Notes: generated by a model from the letters alone, not told the origin. DNA of 64,000 nucleotides from Thermoleophilia bacterium (GCA_040772045.1 JAXGYV010000004.1:65432-129431), one strand, 5' to 3'. Shown: positions 9,915-22,256, counted from the stretch's first letter. Numbers and translations: made by a program.

Positions 9915-12392
9915 TCAGCCGGCCTCGATCTCCTCGTCTGTTGCTCCCGACTCGGAGACGACGTGGAGGGCGACGGCGGACACCTTGTCGCTCTCGCGGA
10001 GATTCATCACCTTAACGCCCTGCGTGGCTCTCCCGTAGCGGCCGATGCCATCGACGCGCATCTTGATGACCACGCCATCGCGGCTCTGGATGGCGATCTC
10101 GTGGTTGTCGCGCACCACGCGCACCCCGGCCAGAGAGCCCTTTCGATCGGTAAGGGTGACCGTGCGCACGCCCAAGCCGCCCCTTCCCTGCACCGGATAC
10201 TGGTCCAGCCTCGTGCGCTTGCCGAAGCCGTTCTCGGTAACGACGAGCAGATCTGAGTCGTCGCGAGCCACATCTGTGGCGATAACCTCATCGTCTTTGC
10301 GCAGGCGCATCCCGCGGACTCCGCTGGTGTTGCGTCCCGTGGGCCGCACATCTGCTTCGTGGAAGCGGATCGCCTGACCGAGACGGCTGACCATGATGAT
10401 GTCGTCTTCGCCAGAGCAGTGCCGCACCTGAATGAGCTCGTCGTCGGGTCGCACGTCGACGGCGATAATGCCATCGGCCTTCAGCGGGGTGTTGTACGAG
10501 CCGAAGAGCGTCTTTTTCACCATACCGCGGCGCGTGGCGAAGATGAGATACTTTCCCTCGGCCACGTCGAAGTTCCGGGTGCGGATGATCGCGCGCACCG
10601 TCTCGTCGCTGCGCAGCGGCAACAAGTTGGCCAGGTGCTTGCCCCGAGCGTTCCGGCCGGCGAGCGGAAGCTCGTGTGCTTTCAGTCGGTAGACCTTGCC
10701 GATGCTCGTGAAGAACAAGACGTACTCGTGGGTCGAGGCGAAGAAGAAGTGCTCGACCTCGTCTTCTTCCTTGAGCTCCATGCCGGTGACGCCTACACCA
10801 CCGCGCTTCTGCTGACGGTACGTGGTAACGGGAAGCCGCTTCACGTAGCCCGTCTTGGTGATGGTGATGGCCATCTGTTCGTCGGCGATGAGATCCTCGA
10901 TGTCTAGTTCGCCCTCGTCGGGGATGATCTGCGTGCGCCGGTCGTCGTTGTAAAGCCGCTTAACCTCGAGCAGCTCGTCCTTGATGACTTGGTAGATAGC
11001 GTGCTCGTCACCGAGCAGCCTGCGCAGCTCCTGGATACGTACCAGTAGCCCTTGGTGTTCTTCGTGCACCTTGTGACGCTCGAGCTGCGTGAGCCGCTGG
11101 AGGCGGAGGTCGAGGATGGCCTGCGCCTGTGGCCTGGTGAGCTCGAAGGTGTCCATGAGCGACTCGCGGGCGGCGTCGGGCTCTCTCGCCTTCCGGATGA
11201 TGCTGATGACTTGATCGAGGTTGTCCAGAGCCACCAGCAGGCCCTCGAGGATGTGCGCCCTGGTCTCGGCTTTATCGAGCTCGAACTTACTGCGGCGGAC
11301 GATGACGTCCTTCTGAAACGCCACGTACGCCTTGATCATCTCCGGCAACGTGAGCGTGCGCGGCACCCCGCCGACCAGCGCGATGTTGATGACGCCGAAC
11401 GTGGTCTGCATCTGGGTGTGCTTGTACAGCTTGTTCAGCACTACCTTCGGCACGGCCTCGCGTTTGAGCTCGATGACCACGCGCATGCCGTTACGGTCGC
11501 TCTCATTCCGCAGATCGCTGGCCTCGGGCAGCTTCTTCTGCTTGACGAGGTCCACGATCTGCTCGATGAGCGCCGCACGGTTCACCTGGTAGGGAAGCTC
11601 GGTTACTACGATGGCACTGCGATTGCCCTTGAGCTGCTCAGTGTGGGCCTTGGCGCGGACGCGGATGCGTCCGCGCCCCGTGCGATACGCCTCTTTGATG
11701 CCGGCGGTGCCGAGGATGAGGCCGCCGGTGGGGAAGTCCGGCCCCTTGATGTGCTGCATGAGGTCGTCCGCCGACGCGTCGGGCTGATCGATGCTGGCCA
11801 CGATGGCGTCTACCACCTCGCCCAGATTGTGCGGGGGGATGTTGGTGGCCATGCCCACAGCGATACCGTTGGACCCGTTGACCAGGAGGTTCGGCATGCG
11901 CGCCGGCAGGACCGTGGGCTCCCGGCGCGTCTCGTCGTAGTTGGGGACCCAGTCCACGGTGTTGGCGTCGATGTCGCGCAGCATCTCCACGGCGATGCGG
12001 CTGAAGCGCGCCTCCGTGTAGCGCATGGCGGCCGGCGAGTCGCCCTCGACAGAACCGAAGTTCCCCTGGCCGTCGACCAGCGGGTAGCGCATGTTGAAGT
12101 CTTGCGCCATGCGCACCAGTGTTGGATAGATGACCGCCTCGCCGTGCGGGTGATAGTTACCCGAGGTGTCGCCCGCGATCTTGGCGCACTTACGGTGCTG
12201 CTTATTCGGCGCCAGCCCCAGATCGTTCATCGCCACCAGAATGCGCCGTTGGCTCGGCTTGAGGCCGTCGCGCACGTCTGGCAGCGCACGGTCGACGATG
12301 ACGCTCATCGCATAGTCGATGAACGATGAGCGCATCTCCTCCTCGAGCTCGATGGGCTCGATCCTGCCTTCTAGCGTCTGAACCTGATCCAT
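9915..12392 (-). CDS. gyrA: DNA gyrase subunit A
   Basis: Canonical GyrA N-terminus including the active-site region, followed by C-terminal beta-pinwheel repeats. 825 aa. Confidence 0.95.
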   Translation of the reverse strand: MDQVQTLEGRIEPIELEEEMRSSFIDYAMSVIVDRALPDVRDGLKPSQRRILVAMNDLGLAPNKQHRKCAKIAGDTSGNYHPHGEAVIYPTLVRMAQDFNMRYPLVDGQGNFGSVEGDSPAAMRYTEARFSRIAVEMLRDIDANTVDWVPNYDETRREPTVLPARMPNLLVNGSNGIAVGMATNIPPHNLGEVVDAIVASIDQPDASADDLMQHIKGPDFPTGGLILGTAGIKEAYRTGRGRIRVRAKAHTEQLKGNRSAIVVTELPYQVNRAALIEQIVDLVKQKKLPEASDLRNESDRNGMRVVIELKREAVPKVVLNKLYKHTQMQTTFGVINIALVGGVPRTLTLPEMIKAYVAFQKDVIVRRSKFELDKAETRAHILEGLLVALDNLDQVISIIRKAREPDAARESLMDTFELTRPQAQAILDLRLQRLTQLERHKVHEEHQGLLVRIQELRRLLGDEHAIYQVIKDELLEVKRLYNDDRRTQIIPDEGELDIEDLIADEQMAITITKTGYVKRLPVTTYRQQKRGGVGVTGMELKEEDEVEHFFFASTHEYVLFFTSIGKVYRLKAHELPLAGRNARGKHLANLLPLRSDETVRAIIRTRNFDVAEGKYLIFATRRGMVKKTLFGSYNTPLKADGIIAVDVRPDDELIQVRHCSGEDDIIMVSRLGQAIRFHEADVRPTGRNTSGVRGMRLRKDDEVIATDVARDDSDLLVVTENGFGKRTRLDQYPVQGRGGLGVRTVTLTDRKGSLAGVRVVRDNHEIAIQSRDGVVIKMRVDGIGRYGRATQGVKVMNLRESDKVSAVALHVVSESGATDEEIEAG

Positions 12393-12404
12393 ATGCCGCT
12401 CGCC

Positions 12405-14822
<2,418 letters not shown>

Positions 14823-15005
14823 CTAAAGACAGCCTGTGGAGGCGGGGGGTTCTGCCTGAGTAAGTATACCAGAATCAGCCTCTCGCGACCGCCTCCGCGC
14901 CCTCCTGCTCGCTCTACAATTTCGTCGTTTTGCTCGTGTTTCCTGCATGACACCCAGCGGTCCACAGACCACCGAGAGGACGGGCGTGTCGGGCGACGCC
15001 GCGTG

Positions 15006-15302
15006 TCAGCGAGGGCGTCTGCCTGAGACAAACCGCAGGCGCTCTACGGGGCAATCCGGGTCGGCGGCGTGCATCTTGGCCAGGAACTCACCGCTCAGAT
15101 AGGTGAGCTCCTGCGCCCAGACCGAGGATTCACATTCGAGGACGAGCGTGCCCCGTGCGAGCCGGACCGGCGTGGCGGCCGCGGTCACGTGCGCTCCCGC
15201 GGCGGCCGACCACGCGGCGTACGCGCGGGCCTCCTCGCCCTCGCGCAGCCTCTCGGCCGTACGCTTCAGCACGTCGCCCAGGCGTACGAACTCGGCCGTC
15301 AT
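15006..15302 (-). CDS. DUF721 family protein (recF-gyrB-associated)
   Basis: Small conserved ORF between recF and gyrB. The likely start is an internal ATG (MTAEF...) overlapping the recF stop (ATGA). The track ORF extends to 15404 but overlaps recF. Confidence 0.55.
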   Translation of the reverse strand: MTAEFVRLGDVLKRTAERLREGEEARAYAAWSAAAGAHVTAAATPVRLARGTLVLECESSVWAQELTYLSGEFLAKMHAADPDCPVERLRFVSGRRPR

Positions 15303-16408
15303 ACCGCACCCTCCGGAGTATTCAAATCGATGACCAGCGCGCGGGCGAGCTCCCCGGAAGTGAAGTACATCGTCGTGGTGGTCGTCACCAGCACCTGGCC
15401 GCACTGCAGAAGCAGTTCCACCAGGAGGCGTCTTCGCCGCTCGTCAAGTTCGCTCATCACGTCGTCGAGGAGCAGCGGCCCAGTCTTGTCGAAGACCTCG
15501 GCGGCCACGTGCCGCTCGGCCAGGAGGAGGGCCAGCACCGCCGCTCGCTGTTCCCCCTGGGAGCCGAAAGGCCGCAGGTCACGACCTAGGGGGCTCGCGC
15601 CGGCCCCGCCCACCTCCAGGAAGCGCAGTTCATCGCGGTGCGGCCCAAGCGAGGTTGTACCGCGAACGATCTCCAGCGCTCGCCGCTGCCGTAGCGCCGC
15701 AAGGTAGGCCTGCACATCGTGCTCGTACTCCGCAAAACCAGACTGGAGCTCGAGATCGAACGTGCCTCCGCACGGCGTGAGGGCGGTGGCATGCTCTGCA
15801 AAGATCGGTCGGAGATATTCCACGAAATCTCTGCGCCGCCTACCCAAGTCGATACCGGCCTGAGCCACCTGCTTGTCCCACGGGTCGAGTGTGCGTTCCG
15901 CCGTGCCGCCACGCACGCGCACCAACTGAGCGTTTCGCTGTCGCAGCGCTAGGTGGAGATCCGTGCTGGCGGCTGCGTAGCTAGCATCCAGCGCGGCGGC
16001 AAACGCGTCAAGGTGAGCGCGGCGACGGGCCGGACTGCCTTTCACCAGAAGCAAACTCTCTGGTACGAAGATGAATACGGCTGCGCGGCGCCGCAATTCC
16101 TCGGCGGTGGCATCGCCTGCGCGACTAACTCGAATACGTCGGCCAGAGCCCGGCGCGAAGTACACCTGGGTACGGCTCCCGTCGTCGAGCTGCGCCTCGG
16201 CTCGCACGTAGCTTGCCCCCCACCGGACGAGCTTTTCGTCGCGGCTCGTCCGTGGCGACGCCGCCCGGAGGGCGTAGAACACCCCCTCGAGTAAGTTCGT
16301 CTTGCCAGCCGCATTCTCACCGACCACGATGTTGAGCCCGGGCGAAAAGACGAACCGGGCTTTGTGGTAGGAGCGGAAGTTCGTCAGTCCTATCTCGGCG
16401 ACGTGCAT
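15299..16408 (-). CDS. recF: DNA replication and repair protein RecF
   Basis: N-terminal Walker A (GENAAGKTNLLEG) and ABC/SMC-like RecF architecture. Conserved dnaN-recF-gyrB synteny. Confidence 0.9.
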   Translation of the reverse strand: MHVAEIGLTNFRSYHKARFVFSPGLNIVVGENAAGKTNLLEGVFYALRAASPRTSRDEKLVRWGASYVRAEAQLDDGSRTQVYFAPGSGRRIRVSRAGDATAEELRRRAAVFIFVPESLLLVKGSPARRRAHLDAFAAALDASYAAASTDLHLALRQRNAQLVRVRGGTAERTLDPWDKQVAQAGIDLGRRRRDFVEYLRPIFAEHATALTPCGGTFDLELQSGFAEYEHDVQAYLAALRQRRALEIVRGTTSLGPHRDELRFLEVGGAGASPLGRDLRPFGSQGEQRAAVLALLLAERHVAAEVFDKTGPLLLDDVMSELDERRRRLLVELLLQCGQVLVTTTTTMYFTSGELARALVIDLNTPEGAV

Positions 16409-16601
16409 ACGCGGTACTCTTGGTCGTCGATAGCGACCACGTCGCCGGGCCGTACGAGATGCGCTCGGCGGCGCTCTTCCGCACCGTTTAACCGAATGCG
16501 TCCGCCTTGCACCATGGCTTTCGCCTCTCCGCCGCTACCAGCGATGCCGGCCACTTTGAGGAGAGCACCCAGCGTGAGTGGACCTCTTACGAAGACGTCG
16601 A

Positions 16602-17714
16602 TCAGGTGCTCAGGCGAATCGGCATGATCAGGTACACGAAATCGGCCGCCGCCTCATCTACCCCTGTGATAAGTCCGGGCCGAAGAGGACTGATCAGTTT
16701 GAGGGAGATCTTGCTCCCCTCCACGGCCTCCACCCCGTCGATAAGGTACGCGTGGTTGAATCCGATCTCGAAATCCTCACCCTCGTACGCGACATCGATC
16801 TGCTCTTCCGCCTGGCCGACATCTTGCGTAATCGCCCGCATGGTTAGCGATCCGGCGGAGAACCGCAGGCGAAGCGGAGCGTTTTTCTGAGCGAGTAGTC
16901 CAACCCGGCGGGCGACAGCGAGGAACGACTCCTTCTCCAATTCAAGCTCGTGCTCATACGCGTCTGGGAGCAGCTGCTTGTAATTCGGGAAAGCGCCATC
17001 GATGAGCCGCGTAGCGAGCACGACCTCGCCGAACCCAAAAACCGCCTGATTTTCAGTCACGGCAACGTCAACCGCATCGCGATCGCCCGCCGCAGCCAGC
17101 CGAGCGACCTCTCCCAGCGCCTTTACGGGCACGATCGCTTGCATCTCTATCTCTGGCCCGCCCTCCAGCTGCGACTGCTTCACAGCTAAACGATAACTAT
17201 CAGTCGCCACCATCTTCAGCGAGCCTCCACCCAGCACAACTAACACACCGGTGAGAATCGGGCGCGTCTCATCCCTCGAAGCGGCTCGCGCCACCTTGCT
17301 GAGGGTCTCGACGAGAGGGTCGGCGGCCACGCGGAAACTCGCAGAGAGATCGAATGCCGATGTCTGTGGAAAATCGCTAGCCGCCCACGAGTTCAGCTCG
17401 AACATCGCTTTCCCCGCGACCACCTGCACGGTGCCACCGCCACCACTCTCCACGGTAACCTCGTCCCCCGACAGGTTACGTACGATGTCGGAGAACAGTC
17501 GCGCCGGAACAACCACGTCACCCGGCTCATCGATAGTGCTCGTCAGCGTCGCCCTTACAGAGATCTCCATATCGGTCGCATACAAGTTCAAACGCTCTTC
17601 GGAGGCCTGCAGGAGGATGCCCGAGAGCACCGGTAGTGCACTCCGCGCCGATACGGCACGTGCAAGCACAGCGAGTCTGTCAACGAGGGTGCCACGGTCA
17701 CACCGGAGTCTCAT
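16602..17714 (-). CDS. dnaN: DNA polymerase III beta sliding clamp
   Basis: 370 aa three-domain clamp. Sits immediately downstream of dnaA and oriC. Confidence 0.9.
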   Translation of the reverse strand: MRLRCDRGTLVDRLAVLARAVSARSALPVLSGILLQASEERLNLYATDMEISVRATLTSTIDEPGDVVVPARLFSDIVRNLSGDEVTVESGGGGTVQVVAGKAMFELNSWAASDFPQTSAFDLSASFRVAADPLVETLSKVARAASRDETRPILTGVLVVLGGGSLKMVATDSYRLAVKQSQLEGGPEIEMQAIVPVKALGEVARLAAAGDRDAVDVAVTENQAVFGFGEVVLATRLIDGAFPNYKQLLPDAYEHELELEKESFLAVARRVGLLAQKNAPLRLRFSAGSLTMRAITQDVGQAEEQIDVAYEGEDFEIGFNHAYLIDGVEAVEGSKISLKLISPLRPGLITGVDEAAADFVYLIMPIRLST

Positions 17715-17979
17715 GCCAGCTCCTTATTTCTATGAAGAAAGTTCCTTTGTATCTGCTTCATCGTCATTATCATCTGCTGGAAGCTGTGTAGAACTGCGGG
17801 GGTGCGTGCAGAATGCGTAGTCCTCCGCAGTTCATCGTCCTGTGGACGCCGTGTGGATAAGTGTGAACGTTTACCATCCGCCAGGCGACCACACACAGCA
17901 TAGTCGGTTAAAGGGTGGGTTGTGAATCGCTCATCCTCACCATTCCACAGTCACGCTCACAACCGGTCGGGTCGCGGGC
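17715..17979. promoter_or_regulatory. oriC candidate (dnaA-dnaN intergenic): DnaA boxes plus AT-rich DNA unwinding element
   Basis: A perfect DnaA box TGTGGATAA (17852-17860) is flanked by the near-boxes TGTGGACGC, TGTGAACGT, TGTGAATCG, ATTCCACAG and TTTCACACG. AT-rich stretch at 17721-17775 (ttatttctatgaagaaagttcctttgtatctgcttcatcgtcattatcatc) in an otherwise ~68% GC genome. Confidence 0.7.
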
Positions 17980-19437
17980 CTAGCGGGTGGCTTTCACACG
18001 GTCAGTTACAGTCTGTACGAGCTCGTGGAGCTGGCGGTCGTGACCATCCTTGAGGAGACGCTCGATCTTTTGGATGGCGTAGAGAACAGTAGTGTGGTGA
18101 CGACCACCGAAGCGCTCGCCGATTTGAGGAAGAGACGCATCGGTGAGCTCACGCGAGATATACATGGCGACTTGGCGCGCGTATGCCAGGTCTTGTGTAC
18201 GACGATCGCCGCGGAGGTCGCTGATGTGACAGCCGAATTGCCGGGCGACCTCTGCCTGCACCGCGTCGACTGTAACGGGCATTCTGAACGCGTGAGGGAG
18301 GATATCCTTGAGGGCCTCCTGCGCGAGCGGCAGCGTAATTTCCCCTCCCCGGACGGCTGCGAAGCTGACCACCCGTGTGAGCGCCCCGTGGAGTTCACGG
18401 ATATTAGACGTAACGCGTGCGGCGATGTACTCGAGCACCTCACCCTCGCGGATCGGCAGGCCATCCCATTTGACCTGTCGCCGCAGGATTGCGATGCGTG
18501 TCTCTAGGTCGGGCCGGCCAATGTCGACGACGACACCAGCGCCGAAGCGAGAGCGGAGCCGCTCCTCCAATGCCTCCAGCTCCCGAGGAGGTCTGTCCGA
18601 CGTGATCACGATCTGCTTGCCGGCTTCGTACAGCGAGTTGAAGGTATGAAAGAACTCGACCTGTGTCTGCTGCTTCTCAGCGAGGAACTGAACATCGTCC
18701 ACGAGGAGGATGTCGTTGTCGCGATAAGCTTGTTTGAACCCCTCGATGCGCCCCTTGTCGGTAAGCGCGTTGATGAAGTCGTCGGTGAAGCGTTCCACGG
18801 TGACGTACTTGAACTGCAACCGTGGATGACTCGCCAGTGCCGCATGAGCGATAGCTTGCACGAGGTGCGTCTTCCCAAGGCCTGTATCGGCATAGATGAA
18901 GACGGGGTTGTACGCGGTTGCGGGCGACTCGGCGACGCTATTAGCTACCGCGGCGGCGTACTCATTGTGCGGCCCGATCACGAAACGCGCGAACGTATAC
19001 CGGGGATTAAGCTCCTGCGTCGCCTTCGCCACGGGCGCGGAGGGCTCCGCGACCCCTGGAGCTGTAGTTTTCGCTGGTGATACTGGCGCCGTGGACTGCT
19101 GGGCTTCGTCTGGGGGAGAACTTTCGGCGGGTTTCTGCGCCTCAGCCCGATCATCTACCACGATACATACGGTGATCGGCGTGGAGAGAACAGTCGTCAA
19201 CGCGTTCGTGAGGAGAGGTCCGAACCGCTTCTCCACCCAGTCACGCATGAACTCACTCGCTACACCGAGGGTGAAGGTATCGTTCGAGAGCGCAACCGCG
19301 ACGGAAGGAGCGAAGAAGAGACGATACGTCGCCTCGTTCACGTGCTGCTGGAGGTAAACCCGGGCCTCATCCCAGATGCGTGTTAGGTGGTCGTCGATCG
19401 CGTGGCTCCTCTGCGTCGAACCGGATGCGAATGGCAT
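17980..19437 (-). CDS. dnaA: chromosomal replication initiator protein DnaA
   Basis: AAA+ Walker A/B and a C-terminal DnaA-box-binding domain. 485 aa with an extended, proline/alanine-rich domain II. Confidence 0.95.
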   Translation of the reverse strand: MPFASGSTQRSHAIDDHLTRIWDEARVYLQQHVNEATYRLFFAPSVAVALSNDTFTLGVASEFMRDWVEKRFGPLLTNALTTVLSTPITVCIVVDDRAEAQKPAESSPPDEAQQSTAPVSPAKTTAPGVAEPSAPVAKATQELNPRYTFARFVIGPHNEYAAAVANSVAESPATAYNPVFIYADTGLGKTHLVQAIAHAALASHPRLQFKYVTVERFTDDFINALTDKGRIEGFKQAYRDNDILLVDDVQFLAEKQQTQVEFFHTFNSLYEAGKQIVITSDRPPRELEALEERLRSRFGAGVVVDIGRPDLETRIAILRRQVKWDGLPIREGEVLEYIAARVTSNIRELHGALTRVVSFAAVRGGEITLPLAQEALKDILPHAFRMPVTVDAVQAEVARQFGCHISDLRGDRRTQDLAYARQVAMYISRELTDASLPQIGERFGGRHHTTVLYAIQKIERLLKDGHDRQLHELVQTVTDRVKATR

Positions 19438-20267
19438 TACAGGATGGATTCCAGGAGAGAAGCGCCCCCTTCAGTAAGCACCCGTTTCCCGTCGCCGACG
19501 GGACGAACCAGGCCGGCTCGTTCCAGTATACCGAGTTCACGAAAAGCCGTAGCTGGAGCGATTTCCAACTCCTTGGCTAGGGGTGTTGGCCCAGCGGCGC
19601 CGAGCTCCATGAGCAAGACGAGCATGCGCTTTTGCCGGGTGGTAAGACGTACCGCGGGCTCGGCCGGAGTTGAGGGAGGACGAGCCTCACCCGTCTTGTG
19701 GGGCAGCCGTATGGTGAGCACGGTACCGCCGCCCAGGTTGTCCTCGATGGTGAGCACGCCGCGCAGGAACGCCAGCGACTCCTGGGCGATCGGCAGCCCG
19801 GACCCCACGCCACGAATCCAGTGCCGCTGAGCGGCGGTCGCTGTAGTGAAGCCGGGCTGGATGGCCCTGGCTTTGTCGGCGATGCCAGGGCCGTGATCCG
19901 ATATCCGCAAGACCTGTCCGCCGTCTAGGACCGTGACTACCACATCCTGAAATGAAGCGTGAATGAGATTCTCGATGAGCTCTCGAATGACCGTGTATGG
20001 GACCTGTCCGCCCTGCTCCCGGCAGTGCCGGTACGTCTCTGTGGCGAGTGAGCCGATAAGCGCGGGCAAGTCGGCCTCTTCCACGGTGATTACCCGCGGC
20101 GGGCTGGTCAGCGTGTCGTAGACGGCGATTCGTGGTGCCCCCGGTCCGCGGAGCGGGCCCTCTCCCTCCGGCGCGCTGGGCCCGTTGTCGCACGCACGCT
20201 CGTCGGCGCAGCTGGGCGCCGGCGCGTCGCTGTGACCGGCGAGAAGCCTCTCGAGGAAGGACTCCAT
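19437..20267 (-). CDS. GHKL (histidine-kinase-like) ATPase domain fused to a C-terminal winged helix-turn-helix domain; translationally coupled to dnaA
   Basis: HATPase_c motifs: N-box ELIENLIHA, G1 DHGPGI, G2 GSGLPI. C-terminal MarR/ArsR-like wHTH (TTRQKRMLVLLMELG...LAKELEIAPATAFRELGILERAGLV). Its stop codon overlaps the dnaA start (TAATG). Confidence 0.7.
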   Translation of the reverse strand: MESFLERLLAGHSDAPAPSCADERACDNGPSAPEGEGPLRGPGAPRIAVYDTLTSPPRVITVEEADLPALIGSLATETYRHCREQGGQVPYTVIRELIENLIHASFQDVVVTVLDGGQVLRISDHGPGIADKARAIQPGFTTATAAQRHWIRGVGSGLPIAQESLAFLRGVLTIEDNLGGGTVLTIRLPHKTGEARPPSTPAEPAVRLTTRQKRMLVLLMELGAAGPTPLAKELEIAPATAFRELGILERAGLVRPVGDGKRVLTEGGASLLESIL

Positions 20268-20354
20268 GGGCCGCCGAGTATAGCAGAGGCACTACGCCGA
20301 CCGAAAAGGCGCTCGGAAGCGATGAAACGCTAGCGAGCGGCAGAATCGCCGCCG

Positions 20355-20700
20355 TTCTCCACAAGGTTTTCGACAACTGTGGAGAAAGGCCCGAGGCCGC
20401 TGATCGAATTCCCGGTAAATGCGCGGCTTGTGGAAACTGGGGTTTCACGCCACATGAGAGCCAGTTGGTGGACGCAGTTCTCTCAGGGTACCCCGGCGGT
20501 GGGCTTTCTGCGGCCACTTGGTTCGTGGCGGCAGAGCAAACCTGCTGCATAGCGTGCATGAACGCAGAGAATCTCGCGGGTCGAGCAGTGTCAAGAGCTT
20601 GTTGAGGACCGAGTCGCTTATCCACGTGACCCACGAGCCTGGATGCGCGCAAAAAGGAAGATATCCACACTTTCCACAGATGACCGTGGAGAGATGCTGC
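20355..20700. promoter_or_regulatory. second DnaA-box cluster in the divergent promoter region upstream of the GHKL-wHTH/dnaA operon
   Basis: TTCTCCACA (20355-63) and TGTGGAGAA (20378-86) form a perfect inverted pair. Further boxes: TGTGGAAAC (20429-37), TTATCCACG (20618-26), ATATCCACA (20661-69), TTTCCACAG (20671-79) and CGTGGAGAG (20686-94). Confidence 0.55.
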
Positions 20701-20764
20701 GTCACACGAAACAGGTGTGGGACGTGCCCTGTTGGGCGAAGAGGTACACTCTTTCTGCTGCGGA

Positions 20765-20885
20765 GCTCCCGAACGAGGGGCTGAGAAGGCGCTTCCTGGT
20801 GCCGACGCACAGGACCTGACCACCCCCATGGGTGGCGGCGTCACGGCGACGCTGCTGGGTAATGCCAGCGAAGGGAGAGAGACTG
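20765..20885 (+). ncRNA. TPP (thiamine pyrophosphate) riboswitch candidate
   Basis: Conserved THI-element blocks appear in the expected order: GGGGCUGAGA ... ACCUGA ... CUGGGUAAUGCCAGCGAAGGGAG. It sits immediately 5' of the thiT-like transporter / thiamine pyrophosphokinase genes. An unusual ~35-nt insertion forming two small hairpins lies between ACCUGA and the GGGUAAUGCC block. Confidence 0.65.
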
Positions 20886-20887
20886 AG

Positions 20888-21565
20888 ATGTCACAGGTGT
20901 CCGTTTGTTCCCCGAGCTGCGCGCGTGCCTCGCGCGCACACACACAAATGAGCATGAACCCCGCGCGATGGGGCGCGCGGGGCCTGGCGGAGGTCGCGGT
21001 GGCCATCGCCCTGGCCGCCGCGCTCGGGTTCGTGAAGCCGTTCACCATGCCACAAGGTGGGTCTGTGAGCCTCGAGATGCTCCCGCTCGTCTTCGTGGCC
21101 ATACGCGTCGGCGTGGGCCCGGCGCTGGTGGCGGGGGGGCTCTATGGCTTCGTGCAGCTCGTCCTGCCGGGTGCATACATTTACCACCCCGCGCAGGTCG
21201 CTCTCGACTACCCGCTGGCGTACATGGCGATCGCCGCCGCCGGCCTGCTCCATGTGAGGGGGTGGCGCGCCCTCGCCGCCTCCGTGGCGCTCGCCGCCAC
21301 AGGGCGGCTGGTATTTCACTTTCTGTCGGGCATCATTTTCTTCGCCACCTACGCGCGCGACCTGGGTTGGAACCCATGGCTCTACTCCCTCTCGTACAAC
21401 GTGCTCTACCTCGTGCCCGAGGCTGCTATTACCGCAGTGATCCTCTGGCCGCTGCTGAAAGCGTACGACGCAGCCTTTCCCGGCGGCACCTCGGCCGGTG
21501 TTCTCGAGGGAGAGCGGAGTGCGGTAGCCGGTGAGAACCATCACCGGCCGGACTGCTGTGGCTGA
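20888..21565 (+). CDS. thiamine transporter ThiT-like (ECF-type S component / YuaJ family) membrane protein
   Basis: About 200 aa multi-TM protein downstream of the TPP riboswitch. An alternative in-frame ATG lies at 20948. The N-terminal part of track ORF 20717.. overlaps the riboswitch and is not coding. Confidence 0.65.
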   Translation: MSQVSVCSPSCARASRAHTQMSMNPARWGARGLAEVAVAIALAAALGFVKPFTMPQGGSVSLEMLPLVFVAIRVGVGPALVAGGLYGFVQLVLPGAYIYHPAQVALDYPLAYMAIAAAGLLHVRGWRALAASVALAATGRLVFHFLSGIIFFATYARDLGWNPWLYSLSYNVLYLVPEAAITAVILWPLLKAYDAAFPGGTSAGVLEGERSAVAGENHHRPDCCG

Positions 21566-22256
21566 GGAGGTTAGGGCCCGCGCCGCCGTCGCGGCCGTCT
21601 TCCTCAACGGGGAGTATGAGCCCGAGCCGGCCTTCTATCGCCAGGCGGCTGAGGGCGCGAGCATGTTGATCGGCGCGGACGGCGGGGCGGCGTGGATGAT
21701 TAAGCTAGGGCTGCTGCCGTCGGTCGTTGTCGGCGACTTCGATTCACTGTCGCCGCTGGCGCTGGAGGAGTTGCAGGCGAAAGGTGTGAGGAGCGTGCGC
21801 CATCCGGTCCGCAAGGACCGCACCGACGCCGAGCTTGCGGTCGGTGAGGCCTTACGCATGGGTGCCGGCGCCATCGATGTGTTCGGCGGGCTTGGCGCGG
21901 GCTTCGACTATGCGGTGGGGCACGTGGCGCTGCTGCGCGGTCTGGCGCGGCGTCGCGTGCCGGCCCGGCTGCTGGAGCCCGCCCTCACGTTCATGGTCAT
22001 GCCAGCGCGCAGCCGCCTCTCCGTAAGCGCGTCGCCCGGATCTCGCTTCTCGCTCCAGCCGCTCACGCAGCGAGCTGTGGTAAGCCTGAGGGGTTTCGAC
22101 TACGAGCTTCGGGCGGCGCGGCTGCGCGCCGACGCGTGCCGCGGACTAGGGAACATGGTGACCCGCCACGATGCGGAGGTCCTGGTGCACGCGGGCCTAG
22201 CGGCCGTGCATGTGGGTGCTCCCCTCCAGCCTTTCTGGTCGGGCATGACGGCGTAA
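21531..22256 (+). CDS. thiamine pyrophosphokinase
   Basis: TPK motifs GADGGA and GDFDS. Co-oriented with the thiT-like gene and overlaps it. Confidence 0.8.
   Translation: MRTITGRTAVAEEVRARAAVAAVFLNGEYEPEPAFYRQAAEGASMLIGADGGAAWMIKLGLLPSVVVGDFDSLSPLALEELQAKGVRSVRHPVRKDRTDAELAVGEALRMGAGAIDVFGGLGAGFDYAVGHVALLRGLARRRVPARLLEPALTFMVMPARSRLSVSASPGSRFSLQPLTQRAVVSLRGFDYELRAARLRADACRGLGNMVTRHDAEVLVHAGLAAVHVGAPLQPFWSGMTA

Noticed and set aside
19687-21102. 471-aa minus-strand ORF spanning the dnaA-upstream region, the riboswitch and thiT
   Set aside because: It is antisense to, and overlaps, well-supported features (GHKL-wHTH gene, DnaA boxes, TPP riboswitch, thiT). Its low-complexity Arg/Pro/Ala-rich translation is typical of out-of-frame ORFs in high-GC DNA.
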